From: Octopus sinensis | Lineage: Eukaryota | Direction of reading: 5' to 3' | Assembly (NCBI RefSeq): GCF_006345805.1 | Contig: NC_042998.1 | Location: 139,066,001 to 139,130,000, forward strand | DNA: 64,000 nt | In this document: piece by piece, positions 12,920 to 27,070 of the stretch | Position numbering within the stretch: the first letter of the stretch is position 1 | How the letters are laid out: the number at the start of each line of letters is the position of its first letter | Notes under the pieces: generated by a model | Database searches by the model: none | What the model was told of the DNA's origin: nothing | Seen by the model: only the letters and a program-made list of their open reading frames with translations | Translations under genes and position numbers: made by a program

Positions 12920-15496
12920 CTTATATTTTTTTCCTTCCCAGTTTGAGACTAGTCCCCATTTCCAGCTGGCACAAAATTTTGAAAAACCTTCTAACTTACT
13001 TTCAGCTGGACTGTCATACAACCAACATAGTGGTTCATTGCAACATATGAGCTTTTATTTCTTCTTACCCTCCTCCATCAAATATTTGCCTTTATTTTCA
13101 ACAATGTGCAAATGTGACACAATATGTTGACTAATTAACTCTCCTCTACACCAACATAATTGGACTTCAGTCCCAACTTCATCTTGTCATTTATCTTTTA
13201 TTAGCTTTCTCCCTAGCATTTTATTTCCCTCTGAAAACCACCAGTCTAGGAAGGCTTACAAAGATCATGGATTTCCTTTCCTCTTGCTATAAAATAATAA
13301 GAAATTAAGCATAAGCAGTAGTGATATGACCATCTAGCCTTTGCTAATGTGTGGTACATAACAAGAAGAGATGGAATATCAGGCTAAATGCCTTTAATAT
13401 TTAATTCTTTAGTTTAGAGTCCAACTCTCCCAGGGTTGATTTTACTTTTCAGCCCTCTCATGTTGTAAAATAGATGAGAAAAAAAAGAAGATAAAAACAC
13501 TGCTATTATAGAAGAAGCATAGAAGATCAGGTATTGATTGGCATTTCTGGGACCGAAAATCCTTCATAAGGGATTCAAAATCTCCAGATTTGCTGATTTA
13601 TTTATTTATTTAAAATCAGTAAAATTTGAAGTTAGCACCGATACTTTCTGAGTTAGCTTGAAAAACCTGTGGAGGTACACATGCTTAAACAGAGGAAGAG
13701 ATTTAGAATATAAAACAAAACAAAGGGTTGATTGTTTATTTTAATCTATTTCAGCCTAGACCCAACCCTATTAATCCTGTCGCAATTAAATAAAGAACAT
13801 CACAAGTCGTTCCTTGTTTCTTTAACTTTGTCCTTGAATAGTTGTGTTAATCCTAATTTAAGCTATATTAGCCTCGTGGCAGATAAAATTTTTTTGTCTT
13901 TTATGATAATCACCCTAATAGCAGCAATCAAACAACCACAAAGAATTTTGTCCTGCTTTTTTTTCTTTTTTTATCTTGTTTGCTCTCTTTCTCAAAAAAT
14001 TTCTCTCAACTTACTTTCAACATTTCTCTTTTTCTTCCTCCCTCTCTCCCTCACAATATTCATCATTTTTCTTTCTCCCCTTCTCTTTCTCTCTCTGATT
14101 TTTGTTCATGTGTATTGTCTGCAAAGACTTTATACAACGTAGATAAGTTCCAGTGGAGCAATGTTTTCTAGCACTGAGCCACATTCCAAATGGAATACAA
14201 ATTGTTCTACCAGACTTATCCAAAGCACAGTTTCCATGGTCAAGTTCTTAGCAGTAGTTTCAAACCGCATCTCAGTTAGAGTAGAAAGCTACTCAACTGC
14301 TGCAACTTAAATTTCATAGTTGAAATTTTATTGGGGCAACCACAACGACAACATATAAATATAAGAAGGAGCTAAAATGATGAAAAGGTAGATGCATGGG
14401 CTCTCCCTCTAATGTTTGGTGGAGATATTTTACTCCACCATAATTACTCCCACTCACTCTACTATAATGTGAGCAGCCATGTAACTCCTCTACAGCAAGA
14501 AAGCTGTTCTTGCTCCATCATTCATATTTTAACCTCTCATCACCTAACGTAAAGCCATCACCCTCTCTACTGTAGACCCACTCAGTCAAAAGGAAACTTA
14601 GTCTTGCAAGCTACATGGCAGCCTCATTAGTGCTGGTTCTACAAAAATAGCACCCTGTACTTTCTGTGAAGTGTTTGGCATTAGGAAGGGCATAAAAGCA
14701 TCTACCATAGAAACCATAGTAAAGCTGACATTGGAGCACAGTACATTACTCCGACTTGTCAGATCCTGTTTAACCAACCAACCCATGTCAGCATGGAAGG
14801 CAGATGTTAAAAGAGAATGGTGATGATGAAAGAAAATATCATACTTTCACATCCATCAATGCTACACCCCACTTAGTTGAAGGATCTTGTGAGTACTCGA
14901 TAACCTCGTTAGTGCCAATATCATGAAAAAAAGCACCCAGTAACTCTGTAAAGTGGTTGGCTCTAGGAAGGCATCCTGCTGTAAAGACCATGCCAAAGAA
15001 GATTTTGGAGCTCAATACAGTCCTTTAGCTCATTAGTTCCTGTCAAACCATCTAACCCATGCCAGCATGGAAAAACAGACATCAAATGATGATGATATAT
15101 TGTGACACAAAGGCAATCATTTTACATAGGAAATTACAGGGAGTTTTTTTAAATTATAAATCCAACATGAGGTGACTATGCATTTAAACATTATTAGATA
15201 AGTGGCATATTTTCTTTGTTTCAAGACTAAATTTGTCCCCACCTTTTACTGTTAGTCCTGAGAATCTTACCTAACGGTCCTTATAGTAAACTGAAGCCTG
15301 TATTCATTATGAGTAAACTATTTAATCCTTTTCTTATTATGTAAACCAATTTCCTTCTTTTGTCAATACCTTGTTGCTGAAAGCCTCTTGGCAATCTTTA
15401 CATTTGCTAATCCTTTTTCTTTTTTTTTTCTCTTTCAACTGCTTTCTGTTTCATATAGCTTCTTTAATTTATTTGATTGCTTCATTCCTTTTTAAG

Positions 15497-15643
15497 TTGC
15501 TGGAAACCTGTGTAAAAAACTGTGGCAAAAGATTTCACCTCCAAGTGGCAAATAAAGAGTTTCTTCATGAGTTAATTAAAATAATTGGACCAAAGAATGA
15601 CCCTCCTCCGGTTGTGCAAGAGAAGGTATTAAGTCTTATACAG
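15497..15643 (+). CDS. TOM1L2: TOM1-family exon, VHS domain: [49 protein letters not shown]
   Basis: Acceptor cctttttaag, donor gtgagt; 147 nt, phase 0-0; canonical VHS motif LETCVKNCG. Confidence 0.96.
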
Positions 15644-17458
15644 GTGAGTCACTTGTCATCATAGTCCACTGTAGTGGTCTGCCCTTCTTTCTGTTGTACC
15701 ATTCCTCAACACACACACACACTTACACACACATTATTAAACTAGAAATGAGACGATATCTTATTTCAAATATGCATCCTGTTACTTTGCAGAATAAGTA
15801 AATAGTATGTTCTGTGCAAACACTCATATTATTTGACAGAAGTGCTGATATTTGTATATTATTACTGCAAGGATTGAACATTCAAGTTATTTTGTTTTAT
15901 TGTACTCTTTCTTTCTTTAAGTAAGTAAATAGTAATTTATTTTATAACATTTCTACTGTCAGGAGAAATGGAAAAGAGAAATATAAAGTTAAAGAAAAAT
16001 TGCCAGCAACCTTAAAATTAAGTTAATGCACTAGTTTAGAAAGAATTGCTATTTGACATACCATTGTTGTATTTGACTATGTTTGTTTGTTTGTTTTTTT
16101 TGTTTTGTTTTGTTTTTTAAATTCATCTTCTTCATGGATGGTAATTTACTGCTTTGGAAGATAGCTATCATCATATCTGTTTCTGCAGCAGTTAAAAAAT
16201 GTGTATATATTACTTCACTGATTTAGACTACATTCATAATTCTACATTTCACACAATATCCATTATTTAATAAGTACAGGCATAGCTGTGTGGTTAAAAA
16301 GTTTGTTTCCCAACTGTATGGTTTTGGATTCAGTACTACTGTGTGGCACCTTAGGTGTGTATCTTCTACTTCAGCCCTGGGATGACCAGTCGATTTGGTA
16401 GATAGAAACTTAAATAATCCCATTGTGTGTGTGATGTGTGTCTGTGTGGGTGGGTGTGTTAGTGTCTCCTTGTCTTGACATCGTGCAGTAGTTGTAAATG
16501 AACATCACTGTCATACAAGTAATGTCACCTATTTACAATCTTCTGTAAAAATAAGTCTGATCATGAGAAAATATGACCTTGTTGGCAACAGGAAGAGCAG
16601 TAGAAAATCTGCTTTCATGAACTTTATCTTACCCACACAAATGTGGGAAAAGGAATGTTAAAGCTTTGATGATAGTATCAGAGACAGAAAATTAATTCTT
16701 TACATTCTGAGTTCAAATCCTGCTATGGTCAGCTTTATCTTTCATTCTTCTGAGATCAATAAAATAAAATACCTGCCAAGAACTGTATTTGATATTAGTC
16801 ACAGTGATCTTAGCAGCCTCAAAGATCCTGCAAAAATCACAACACTGCCTTCCTTCCCTGACAAAACTTAAAACCACCCCACCTAAAGCAATAAATCTTC
16901 GTCCGCAATGTCTCTGATTAATTTTCTTTCAAAAGATTATTTTTTAATATATGAAGCATAATATTGTAGTGTTATAAACAATAATTGTGTAATATTCATG
17001 CACAATTGGTGCAGTGGTAGACCTCTGTACCACTGCAGACCAGCTGAAAAATATTTTCTCAAATACTTCTCTTGACATAGCATGATAGTTGTAAACAAGC
17101 ATCATACTGGTGGTATCCATTGTCTCCAATCTTCCATGAAACATATCCAGCCATGGGAAAATATTACCTTGCTTGGAAAACAAGTGAGGATTAGTAACAC
17201 GAAGGGCATCCAGCTGTAGAAAATCTGTCCCAACATATTCCATTCAACTCATGTAAACATGGAAAAGTATACATTAAAACGGTAACAACAGTACCATATT
17301 TATCTAAACTCACTCAGTACATGCATTTCTTCCTCTGTTATGTCTAGTCTATCTCACTATAACAGAATCAATACTAAACTCCATATTCAGTTTTTCTTCC
17401 AAACATTCTCTTCCACAGTCTATGTTTCCCATTTCTCACTCCATCCCACTTGTTATGG

Positions 17459-17625
17459 TTATCTCTACAGATTTTCTATAGAAATTATAGCCAGCACTGA
17501 TTTTGTTACATTTTGTATCCAAATACGTCTAATGTAAACAACAATGTGATAGCATTGTTGTTTACATTACATGTCGTAACAAATCAGTGCTGGCTTTAAT
17601 TTCTATAGAAAATCTATAGAGATAA
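17459..17625. repeat. Near-perfect 167-bp palindrome
   Basis: Outer arms TTATCTCTACAGATTTTCTATAGAAATTATAGCCAGCACTGATTT and its reverse complement with 2 mismatches; inner arms TAATGTAAACAACAATG / CATTGTTGTTTACATTA. Confidence 0.9.
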
Positions 17626-18231
17626 TCTGAACATGTGATTTAATAGCACTGCTAACACAACAGGACACAGTATTAACTTATGAAGCATTTAATATACTCT
17701 GTAGTATATGATGGTTGCATAACAAAATATGGTGTCTCTACATGTAATTACTATCCCTCCACACTGTCTTCTGATCATTCTGCTCTTCCCCATTTTCTTG
17801 CTTGTTTCTCTTTCTCCTCTCCTACCTTAGTCCATCTTTTGCAGTCAACATCAGCTCTTCTCACTTTATTAAACAATGTACAGTGTTGAGGAACCCTATT
17901 GCTTTCCAGAGTACAAGGCAATATCTCTAGTGTTCATTTTATTATTACATTAACTAGTATGAATATAAAATGGAGCCAGACAACATAGAATTGAGATGAC
18001 TCTTTAGTCTTGTTTTGTAGAGAACATGATATTCCTTCTCATGTTGATACCATGACAAACTGCAGCCAGTACACTCAACAAGAGAAACTGGATCAAATTA
18101 TAAAGTACAAGTAAGATATGATCCTCCAACCCATCTCAAAACATTACGTCCTGTCCTCCAAAACCAATGTAGAAAGCAGATGTAAAATGGTGGTGGTGGT
18201 GGTGGCAGTTGTGGTAGCATCCTCATCATTT

Positions 18232-19710
18232 CATCATCGTCATCATTTAATGTCCACTTTCCATGCTGGTATGGATTAGGTGGTTTACTGGAACTGTTAA
18301 GCCAGAGGCCTGCAGCAGGTTCCAGTCTGATTTGGCATAGTTTCTATGGCTGGATGCCCTTCCTAATGCCAACTACTCCAAGAGTATAATGGGTGCTTTT
18401 TACTTGCCACTGGCACAAGTGCCATTTACATGACACCGACAACCACCATGATTACAATTTCACAGGTGCCATTTACATGACACTGGCAACAGCCATGACT
18501 ACAATTTCACTTGGCTTAAGGAGTCTTCTCAAGCACAGCATATCATCAAAGGTCTCAGTTACTTGTCATCACCTCTATGAGGCCCAACATTTGAAGAGCA
18601 TGCTACCAGCAACAGCTGTGTTTATGATTTCACAGGTGCCATTTACTTGACACCAGCAACGGCTATAACTAGGATTTCACTTGGTTTGACAAGTCTTCTC
18701 AAGCACAGCATATTGCCAAAGGTCTCGATCATTTGTCATCACCTTCATGAGGCCTAACAGTCAAAGATCATGCTTCACCACTTTGTCCCATGTCTTCCTG
18801 GGTCTACCTTTTCCACAGGTTCCCTCCACAGTTAGAGATCAGCACTTCTTTACAAAGCTGTCCTCATCCATATGCATCACATGACCATACCAGTGCATTC
18901 ATCTCTCTTGCACACTCCATTTGATGCCTCTTATGACCAGTTTTTCTCTCAAGACACTTACACTCTGTTGTACATGCACACTGACAATGCACATTCAGCG
19001 AAGCATACAAACTTCATTTCTTTCAAGCCTTCACATGTCCTCTGCAGTCACAGCCCATGTTTCACTGCCATGGAGCATGACTTCGCACACAGGCATCATA
19101 CAGTCTGTTTTCATTTTGATGGAAAGGCCTTTTTTTTTTACTAACTGAGATAGGAGCTTTCTAAACTTTGCTCAGCCTATTCTTATACTAACAGCTATGT
19201 ACTTGGAGCATCCACCTATACTGCTGACTTGGTCACCTAGACTATGGAAGCTATGAACTACTTTTAGGTATCCCACTGGCATTTGATGGAATCTATTTTC
19301 TGTACATTTCTAGTTTTTATTGTACCTGTACATCTACCACACACAAAGACTATTTTCCTTGTTAACCTTCCTCTGATATTGATGCACCTCTTATGTGTCC
19401 ATAGCTTGCATTGTGTACATCTTATGGAGTGTTTACCTATACCTTTTCTACATATTGAGTAGGGCCATCTACCTGAAGGGATTTGTGACTTGCCCACTTT
19501 CCTACTTAATAAGACTTTGGTTTTTGCTAAATTACCTCTAAGGCCCTTTGATTCTAGACCTTGCTTCCACACCTAAAACTTCTTCTCTAGTTCTGATATA
19601 AGAACAGCTATAAGAACAAGGTCATCAGCATAGAGGAGCTCCCTGAGACAGCTTGACTTAAATTCCTCTGTTACTGCCTGGAGGACTATGATGAACAAGA
19701 GGGGGCTAAG
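18232..19710 (-). mobile_element. 5'-truncated RTE-clade LINE with PHD-like finger inside the RT and a (GAT)n 3' tail
   Basis: Minus strand LSPLLFIIVLQAVTEEF...LLYADDLVL (YADD 19621-19632), GLRGNLAKTK, a Cys/His cluster and GRPRKTW near the C-terminus; the 3' UTR ends in (GAT)n at about 18232-18246. Confidence 0.85.
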
Positions 19711-20789
19711 TTTTGCAACTGGCAAGCTGGCTGAGTTGTTAGCACATTGGACAAAATACTTAGCAGCATTTTCCCTCGGACTTTACATTTCTGAGTTTAA
19801 ATACCACTGAGGTCAGTTTTTGCCTTTCATCCTGTCAGGGTCAGTGAAATAAGTACCAGTTGCATACTGGAGTTGAATTAATTGACTTGCTCCCTCCCAC
19901 CAAAATTTCAGGCCTTGTGCTTATAGCAGAAAGAATTATTATATCAACCATTAACACCACCAGTACATAAAGACAACATGAAAACAGAAAAATTCAGTAT
20001 ACTGATGATTTAGCAAATTTGTGATGCCTGTTTACATTGATAAGTGAACAGGGCTTTGAGTGTTTAAGTGGCTTAGTCATCAGTTGCTGTACTGATGATA
20101 CAAACTATCAGCTCTTTGGTTTGGTATATAAACACGTGTGTAGCTGACACCTCTGCACATGTGTGTATGTGTATGTATTGTAAAGTAGATACAGCTCTAA
20201 CTATATCATCAGTTGTTCAGAAATACAGAACTGGGTTATCACTTGTTTTTTCTTTTTGGTTAGAAGGGAGGGGATTGCTTGTGACCCTTTGCAGGACCTA
20301 CAAGACTAGTAGGAGAGAAGGGAGAAAGTTTGCCTGAAACTGGAGACCTAGACCAAATTCTTACAACAAAGGGAAATTTTGTGCTCAAGGTGTCCAGAGA
20401 CCAGGTGGTAGCGTTAAACCTGTTGACAGATTAAATTTATATATACAACAGACTTCCACACAGTTTCCATCAACAAAATTAATTCACAAGACTTTAGTTG
20501 CCTCAGGGCTTTAGTAGAAGACACATGCCCAAGATATACAGTGGGGCTGAACATGAACCACAGTTTGCAAAGTAAGCTTCTTAACGACACAGCCATGCCT
20601 GCACTTATATTTTTACTTACTGTTTTGTTTTTGGCATTGTACCTGCCTTGTGATGGTTATGGTGTTGGGCTGACAGTTATCAGATTGTGGGTTCAATTCC
20701 TAGACAAGGCAACATGCCATGTCCTTAAACAAGGCACTTCTTTTCACATTGTTCCAGTCTGTTAAACTGTTAATGAGTACTAACTGTAT

Positions 20790-20997
20790 GCTAGTGATGC
20801 CTTTCGTCTGTTTTTCTAGCTGTGTGTGAGTGATATCCTTCATCTGTTCCTCTAGCTGCATGCAAGTGATGCCCTTCGTCAGTCCCTCTAGTTGTGCTAG
20901 TGATGTCCTTCATCTGTCCCTCTCGCTGTGTGCTAGTGATGCTCTTTGTCAGTCCCTCTAGCTGTGTTCTAATGATGGCCTTTGTCCCTCTAACTGT
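20790..20997. repeat. Minisatellite, about 31-33-bp unit, about 6 copies
   Basis: Repeated GCTAGTGATGCCCTTCGTCTGTCCCTCTAGCTGTGT-like unit. Confidence 0.8.
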
Positions 20998-22824
20998 CAC
21001 ATTGTCAATGTTCTGCTGAATCAAGTAGGTGGGAATGAGCGAGTGAGTGTCCATTTCTGCTCATGACTACATAGAGACCTAAAATAACCAGTCAATTCAT
21101 ACTGCTAAGTCATACTCATTTGCAAGTGACAGCTATGGTCCTGCAACAGATCTGTGTAGATAATTAGTTTTGATAAATGCTTTGAGAAAGAAAACAATTA
21201 CTTTTATTTATCTATTTATATCTGTAATAAATTAATTGAGGTAGTTGTAAACAAGCACCATTCTAATTATTGATAATATTTTGCTTGTTTTTTTTTCATA
21301 AAATACCTGTTTTGGGGGCACCATCTGTCACAAATTCATAAAATAAAATTCATATGTTGACATAATAAATATTTACTCTACTAAACTTACACACACCTTT
21401 TATTTAAGTAGGTAATCAGACAGGCTCATTCATTCACTCATGCAAAGTGAACATTAAATGATGATAAGCACAAAACACCTGACCAAAGTACCAAGCAATG
21501 GGACTGAACCCCAAATCACATGGTTTGAAAGCGTGTTTGTTACCACACAGCCATACCTGTGCCTATGTTAGATGTTTTACCTCTTTCAAATGCCAGTGTG
21601 AACTAGGAAGAAATTTGTAACTGCCATTGCAGACTCTTTCTAAAAATTTGCTTTCCAATAACATTTATGCATCAATAGAGATTCACTAGAACCAAATTCA
21701 GACATGCAATCCTAATACTTGGTCTCTTTTATCTTTCACTCTTTGGAAAGATTACAGGCTATTACTACATTTATTTCAAAACCAGTATATTATTACTAGT
21801 GATTGTTGGTGTTGTTTAACCCCAGGTCAGCTTTGAATGAGACCTTTGATGAAAGGCTTCCCAGTCACGGTCATCCCATCTGTTTTTCAGAGTTCCTAGA
21901 ACTACATTATCCCATGTCTCTTTTGGATTTTTTAGTTTTGTTTTATTTTTCTTATGATACTGGGGTATAATCTGATTGTGATTTGGTTGCTCTTTCTCGC
22001 AAGTCAAGTGACTACATAGGGACTCCCCAAATGGTTGGTACATATTTTATGTAGGAATTCAATGTATTTTTTTGTTTTCAACTTGCTTTTTTCTTAAGAC
22101 ATTGGGGGTATGATTTTATTGTGATTTGGTTGTTTTTTCTAGTAGTTCAGGTTACCACATGGGGCTCTCAAACTGTTTGGTACATATTTTGTGGCAGAAT
22201 GAAAGCTAAAAATTATTTCTAGCCAAATATAAATTAAGGAAAATGGATCATTGAGTTAAAAAAGTGTTAAGTATTTATGCCTGCTCTCTTGCCTATCCAC
22301 CTCTGTTGATCAAATATTATTCAAAAGCAAGGCTGATAGGTTAGAGTGTTAGATGATAAGTTCAATTCCTGAACAGGATGATTATGATTAGAAAGCCTTT
22401 CATCATAGATCTCATTCAGAGTTTACATAGAGTTAAATAAACAACAGCAGCAACCACTAGCATTGAATCCTCAAGCAAGATACTTCATTTCATGTTACTC
22501 CCATTTATTTAGCTGAGAATGATCACCAGCCTAGTACTGGTACAGCCCTTCCTCTCTAGTTGTTGCATCCTCAACATTCCAACAAGGTCATGGGGGTGGA
22601 AAGGCTGAGAGCATGATTATGTCTGCTCATGATTACATAAGTACCTTCAATTACATAGGCACCTTAAACATCATTTAACATCCATTTTCCATATGGGCAT
22701 GGGTTGGATGGTTTGACAGGAGCTGGCAAGGCCAGGGACCACACCAGGTTCCATAGTCTGTTTTTGACTTGATTTCTACAGCTAGATACCCATCCTAACA
22801 TGAACCATTTTACAGAGTGTACTA

Positions 22825-23055
22825 GTTGCTTTTTATGTGACACCATCACCAGTGCTTTTAACATGGCACCATCACTAGTGCTTTTAACATGACACCAGCA
22901 TCATTACTTTTTATGTGGCATCAGCATCAGTGCTTTTTACATGGCACCATCACCAGTGCTTTTAATGTAGCACCATCACCAGTGCTTTTAATGCAGCACC
23001 AGCACCATTGCTTTTTATATGGCATTAGCGCCAGTGCTTTTTACATAGCACCCTG
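22825..23055. repeat. Minisatellite, about 24-26-bp unit, about 9 copies, expanded within an RTE-tail repeat
   Basis: Repeated AGTGCTTTTTACATGGCACCAGCACC-like unit. Confidence 0.8.
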
Positions 23056-23912
23056 GTTTTAGGATATCAGTTCTGTTGTGGGCAGGTGTTAATGAAAAAC
23101 TGTTACATGCTTCCACATTTTACTCATTTTCAAGTGATGGCTCTGATTACTTCATAATGAACTGTGTGTTTAAATTTTAAAATTCATATTGTATTGGGGG
23201 AAAATAGAGATCCAGCTGATTTCAAACTTGGCTAGGCAGTCATCTACATTGTTTTTGTTTTTTAAATATTTGCTTTTATCCTCTATTGTTTGTAAAATAG
23301 ATTATTGTGTTTGAAGATACCTAAAATACATTAGCTTTGTATTTTGTTGCATATATCTCAATCAGTTAATTCTGTAGAAAATGTGAATGCTTATTCAAAG
23401 CAGATTTAGTGAGAAAACAAATAATAATAATAACAACAACAACAACAACAATAATAATGATTTAACATCCACTTTTCCATGTTTTCATGGTCCAAGCAGA
23501 ATGGGTTGAGCCAGATTTTCTACACCTTGATGCCCTTCCTTAGTCAACTCTCACTCAATCCCAAGCAAGATAATATTTCACCCTAGAAGACAGGAAATGA
23601 ACAACAAACACTCATGTACATATACAACAGGCTTCTTTCAATTTCTGTCTCCTAAATCCATTCACAAGGCTTTCATGGGTCTAGAATCAAAGTAGAAGAC
23701 ATTTGCCTAAGGTGCTATACAGAGGGAATGAGCCCAAAGTCATATGGTTGGGAAGTAAGCTTCTTAACCACACAGCCATGCCTGCAGTTATTTGTTATCA
23801 TTTTAGCATTAAATTTTTTTTATTTATTCTTTATTGTTATGGAGAGAAATTGATGGTGGATAAGTCTGTGAGTGACTCTTATCAGTTTTTTTACCAATAT
23901 TTTCTTTTCCAG

Positions 23913-24047
23913 ACTTGGGCAGATGCCTTCCATGGTTCAGCAGAGCTGAAAGAGGTGGAGAAAGTGTACCAGGACTTGAAAGGAAAAGGCATTGAATTTC
24001 CTATGACTGATTTAGATAAATTGGCACCTATTCATACACCTGCCAGA
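23913..24047 (+). CDS. TOM1L2: TOM1-family exon, VHS C-terminus: [45 protein letters not shown]
   Basis: Acceptor ttcttttccag, donor gtaagt; 135 nt, phase 0-0; [15 protein letters not shown] is TOM1-diagnostic. Confidence 0.96.
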
Positions 24048-27020
24048 GTAAGTTGCAAACAATTCTGTCACTGCTCACCCCAATCATTTTGGCATCCTAT
24101 TCAACATAGTTTTAAATGCAACTTTATTGGGTTTTTATTTTATTTGTTTTTTTGTTTTTGTTGCTATTTCAGATTTCTTGCAGGTTACAATTTATTATTC
24201 CTTTACCCATTACACTTAACTCTCTTACTAATTCTTTTGTAACAGAAATAGTTGACAGCTCCATTATGCATTCAACAAGGCCAGTCCCTTTGATAAACAT
24301 ATGAAAAAAATATTATATTAATGAAAATAAAAATTTAAAATATTTGTAATATTTTGTAATATCTGAAATGTTATGAAACCTTTTGAGATATTTCAATCTT
24401 CTATTTTGATGATATCATACCTGTCACAGCCTTTTGCCTATTCATTAAGGCTTCTTCATGCTTACCATTATTATATAATACAAAAAACATTGTGTATATG
24501 TGCATGTGTTATATTCAACAACTAACAGCTATACTATTATATCTATAATTGTAGTCATAAGTTATATTTTCATCATGGTCTTTCTTCTGATTAGTGTCTG
24601 ATGCCATAGCACCAACCTATTTCTTCATCACAATGCAAACGATTAAAATATCTCAATACAGGTACAGATTTGGAGGGGTTTAATCATTACATTTCGATCA
24701 TATCTATTATGAAATAATTGTTTTGTTCTGGCTGCTAAACCCAGTTAACCATTATTCCTTATTTTCTGTTGCTTTGTGTGTTTCTGTATACTGATCCACT
24801 ACTCTTCATTTACAGCAGTATTGTATTATTTACAAGGTTTCAGACTACAGAATATGAACATGGTTACCATCATTTTCAAGCTAACACTTGGTTTATTTTC
24901 ACTCACAGATACAGTTAGATCATTTTCTTAATGTTAAATTCATAATAGCTTTCAAGAGCAGAAAGAGTTACAACAGGAGTGATAATAATTAAAAGATATG
25001 TTAGATTCATCAAACAGATGATGAATTCAGTTCTTAGTATTTTTTATACTGGGACAGTATTATTATCCACACACTTAGAAATATATATATATATTAGATA
25101 GATAGATATTTTGGCCAAGTCAGTCTCTTGTTACTCTAGAGTTTCAGCTGTGCATTCACAGGTCACCAGGCAAGTTGCTAGGAAGGGCATGCTGTCATAG
25201 AAGCCATGACAAAGCAAACATGGAAACATGATGTTGTCCTACAACCTTGTCAGATCCAACCCATGCTAGCATAGAAGATGAACATTGAAAGATGATGATG
25301 ATGCTGAAGCGTGTCTGTATGTGTGTGTATGACTGAAATTAGGATTGCAGTTTAGAAGCCCTTAATGATTAAGGATATCAAAAGCACATAAAATTCCTCA
25401 GCATCTACAAGAACTCTACTTTATATGATCAATTGCAGGGAAGGGTTTATTTTTGTTTTAATAGTATACAACAATACATTGAGTTAACATTTGATTAATA
25501 TTGTTCAGCTTAGCTATAAATACATGTCTCACCAACAAATAGATATCTGTATTTGATCATTACCAGGTACATTCTGATGACTGACATCTTGAAAAAACCA
25601 ATTTATTAGAGATGATGTTATCATACCTGTCACAGCCTTTTGCTTATTCATTCAGATTCAATAAGGCTTCTTCATATTTACCAGTATTTTATAATAAACA
25701 AGAGAAAATACTGTATATATACACATTATATTCAGCAACTATAACATCACACCTATAGATATAGCCATTATTCATGCTTTCATCATGATCTTTCTTCTGA
25801 TTTGTGTTTGGTGTCAGAGTATCAACCTGCTCTCTATGCAATTGAATTTGTATTGGGTGGGGGGCAGAAAACAGAAAATGATCACCGAGACAATTCATAT
25901 AACATTTATTTCTCAACCTATCTTAGTCTAAAACTGTAATCTTTAGTCTAAATTTCAGCAAAGTCTTTCATAGTGCAATTTAATTTCTCAGTTTAAAGTA
26001 ACAGTTAATTCTGTCCACTCTTTTGCTTGCCAGTAATTGATACAAATTTCTTTGTTGATGTTTTTTTTTACTTCTTGAGTTTACATTGAATTGGCTGTAT
26101 CTTTAGAGTGCCAGGTATAATAACTTGTAGTATTTTTTTCTGACACTTTGCTTCTTAAGATCTAATCTTGCTGAGATCATCTTTATTTTTCACCCTCCTA
26201 GGGCAGTGGATTGGTGAAATCATAAGAATGTTGGACTGGATGCCCAAAACTCTTCAGTTGGGGAGTCTTGTCTTTCAAGTTACTTAGTAGCCTCACTATT
26301 GCTGGTGCCCAGTGCACTTGGTAAAGTGGTTGGCATTAGGAAGTGCATCCAGCTGTGGAAACCATGCCAAAGCAGACAGTAGAGTTTGGTGCAGTCTTCT
26401 GACTTTCCAGCCCCTTCAACTGTCCAACCCATGCCAACATGGAAAACAGATGTTAAATGATGATGATATGATGATTGTCCCAGCTCCTTGTATTCTCATT
26501 TCAAATCCCATCATGGCCTTCATGAGTGGTAGGCTTAATCCATCACTCAGTTTAACAGCACCACCTGGTACCTTGGCTGCCTTTAGCAGACTCCACTCTG
26601 TTGCTAGAATTGAAGCCATGGTTATGATTTGAAGATATTTTCCTCTTTCCTGAACAAAAGTTTTTTAAAAAATACCTAAACCATTGTAACTAAACCCTAG
26701 TCTTCACCATAAATATCAATTGTTATTGAGTAGAAGCTCAGAAGAAATTCCCCTTGCTGTTAGTAGACTCATAGTGATGCTAGTTTCCTGTCTCATTGAT
26801 TCACTCTTAGCTGCCTATTTAGTTATGTGGGGTCACTATATTGTAATGTAGAGTAACTTACTGAGTTTCATATGCAAAAACTATATATTTAAAATATATT
26901 TTAGTTTTGCTGTATAGTAGTATTGAAACTTCTAACCAGGCACAAGACATGTTGCCCACTAGCACACACACATACATACATACACATTCATATGTGTGCG
27001 CACACACACACACACATGTC

Positions 27021-27070
<50 letters not shown>

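Noticed and set aside
23703-24242. 179-aa ORF as a standalone gene
   Set aside because: Only 23913-24047 is TOM1-like and bounded by splice sites; the rest is SINE and intron read-through.
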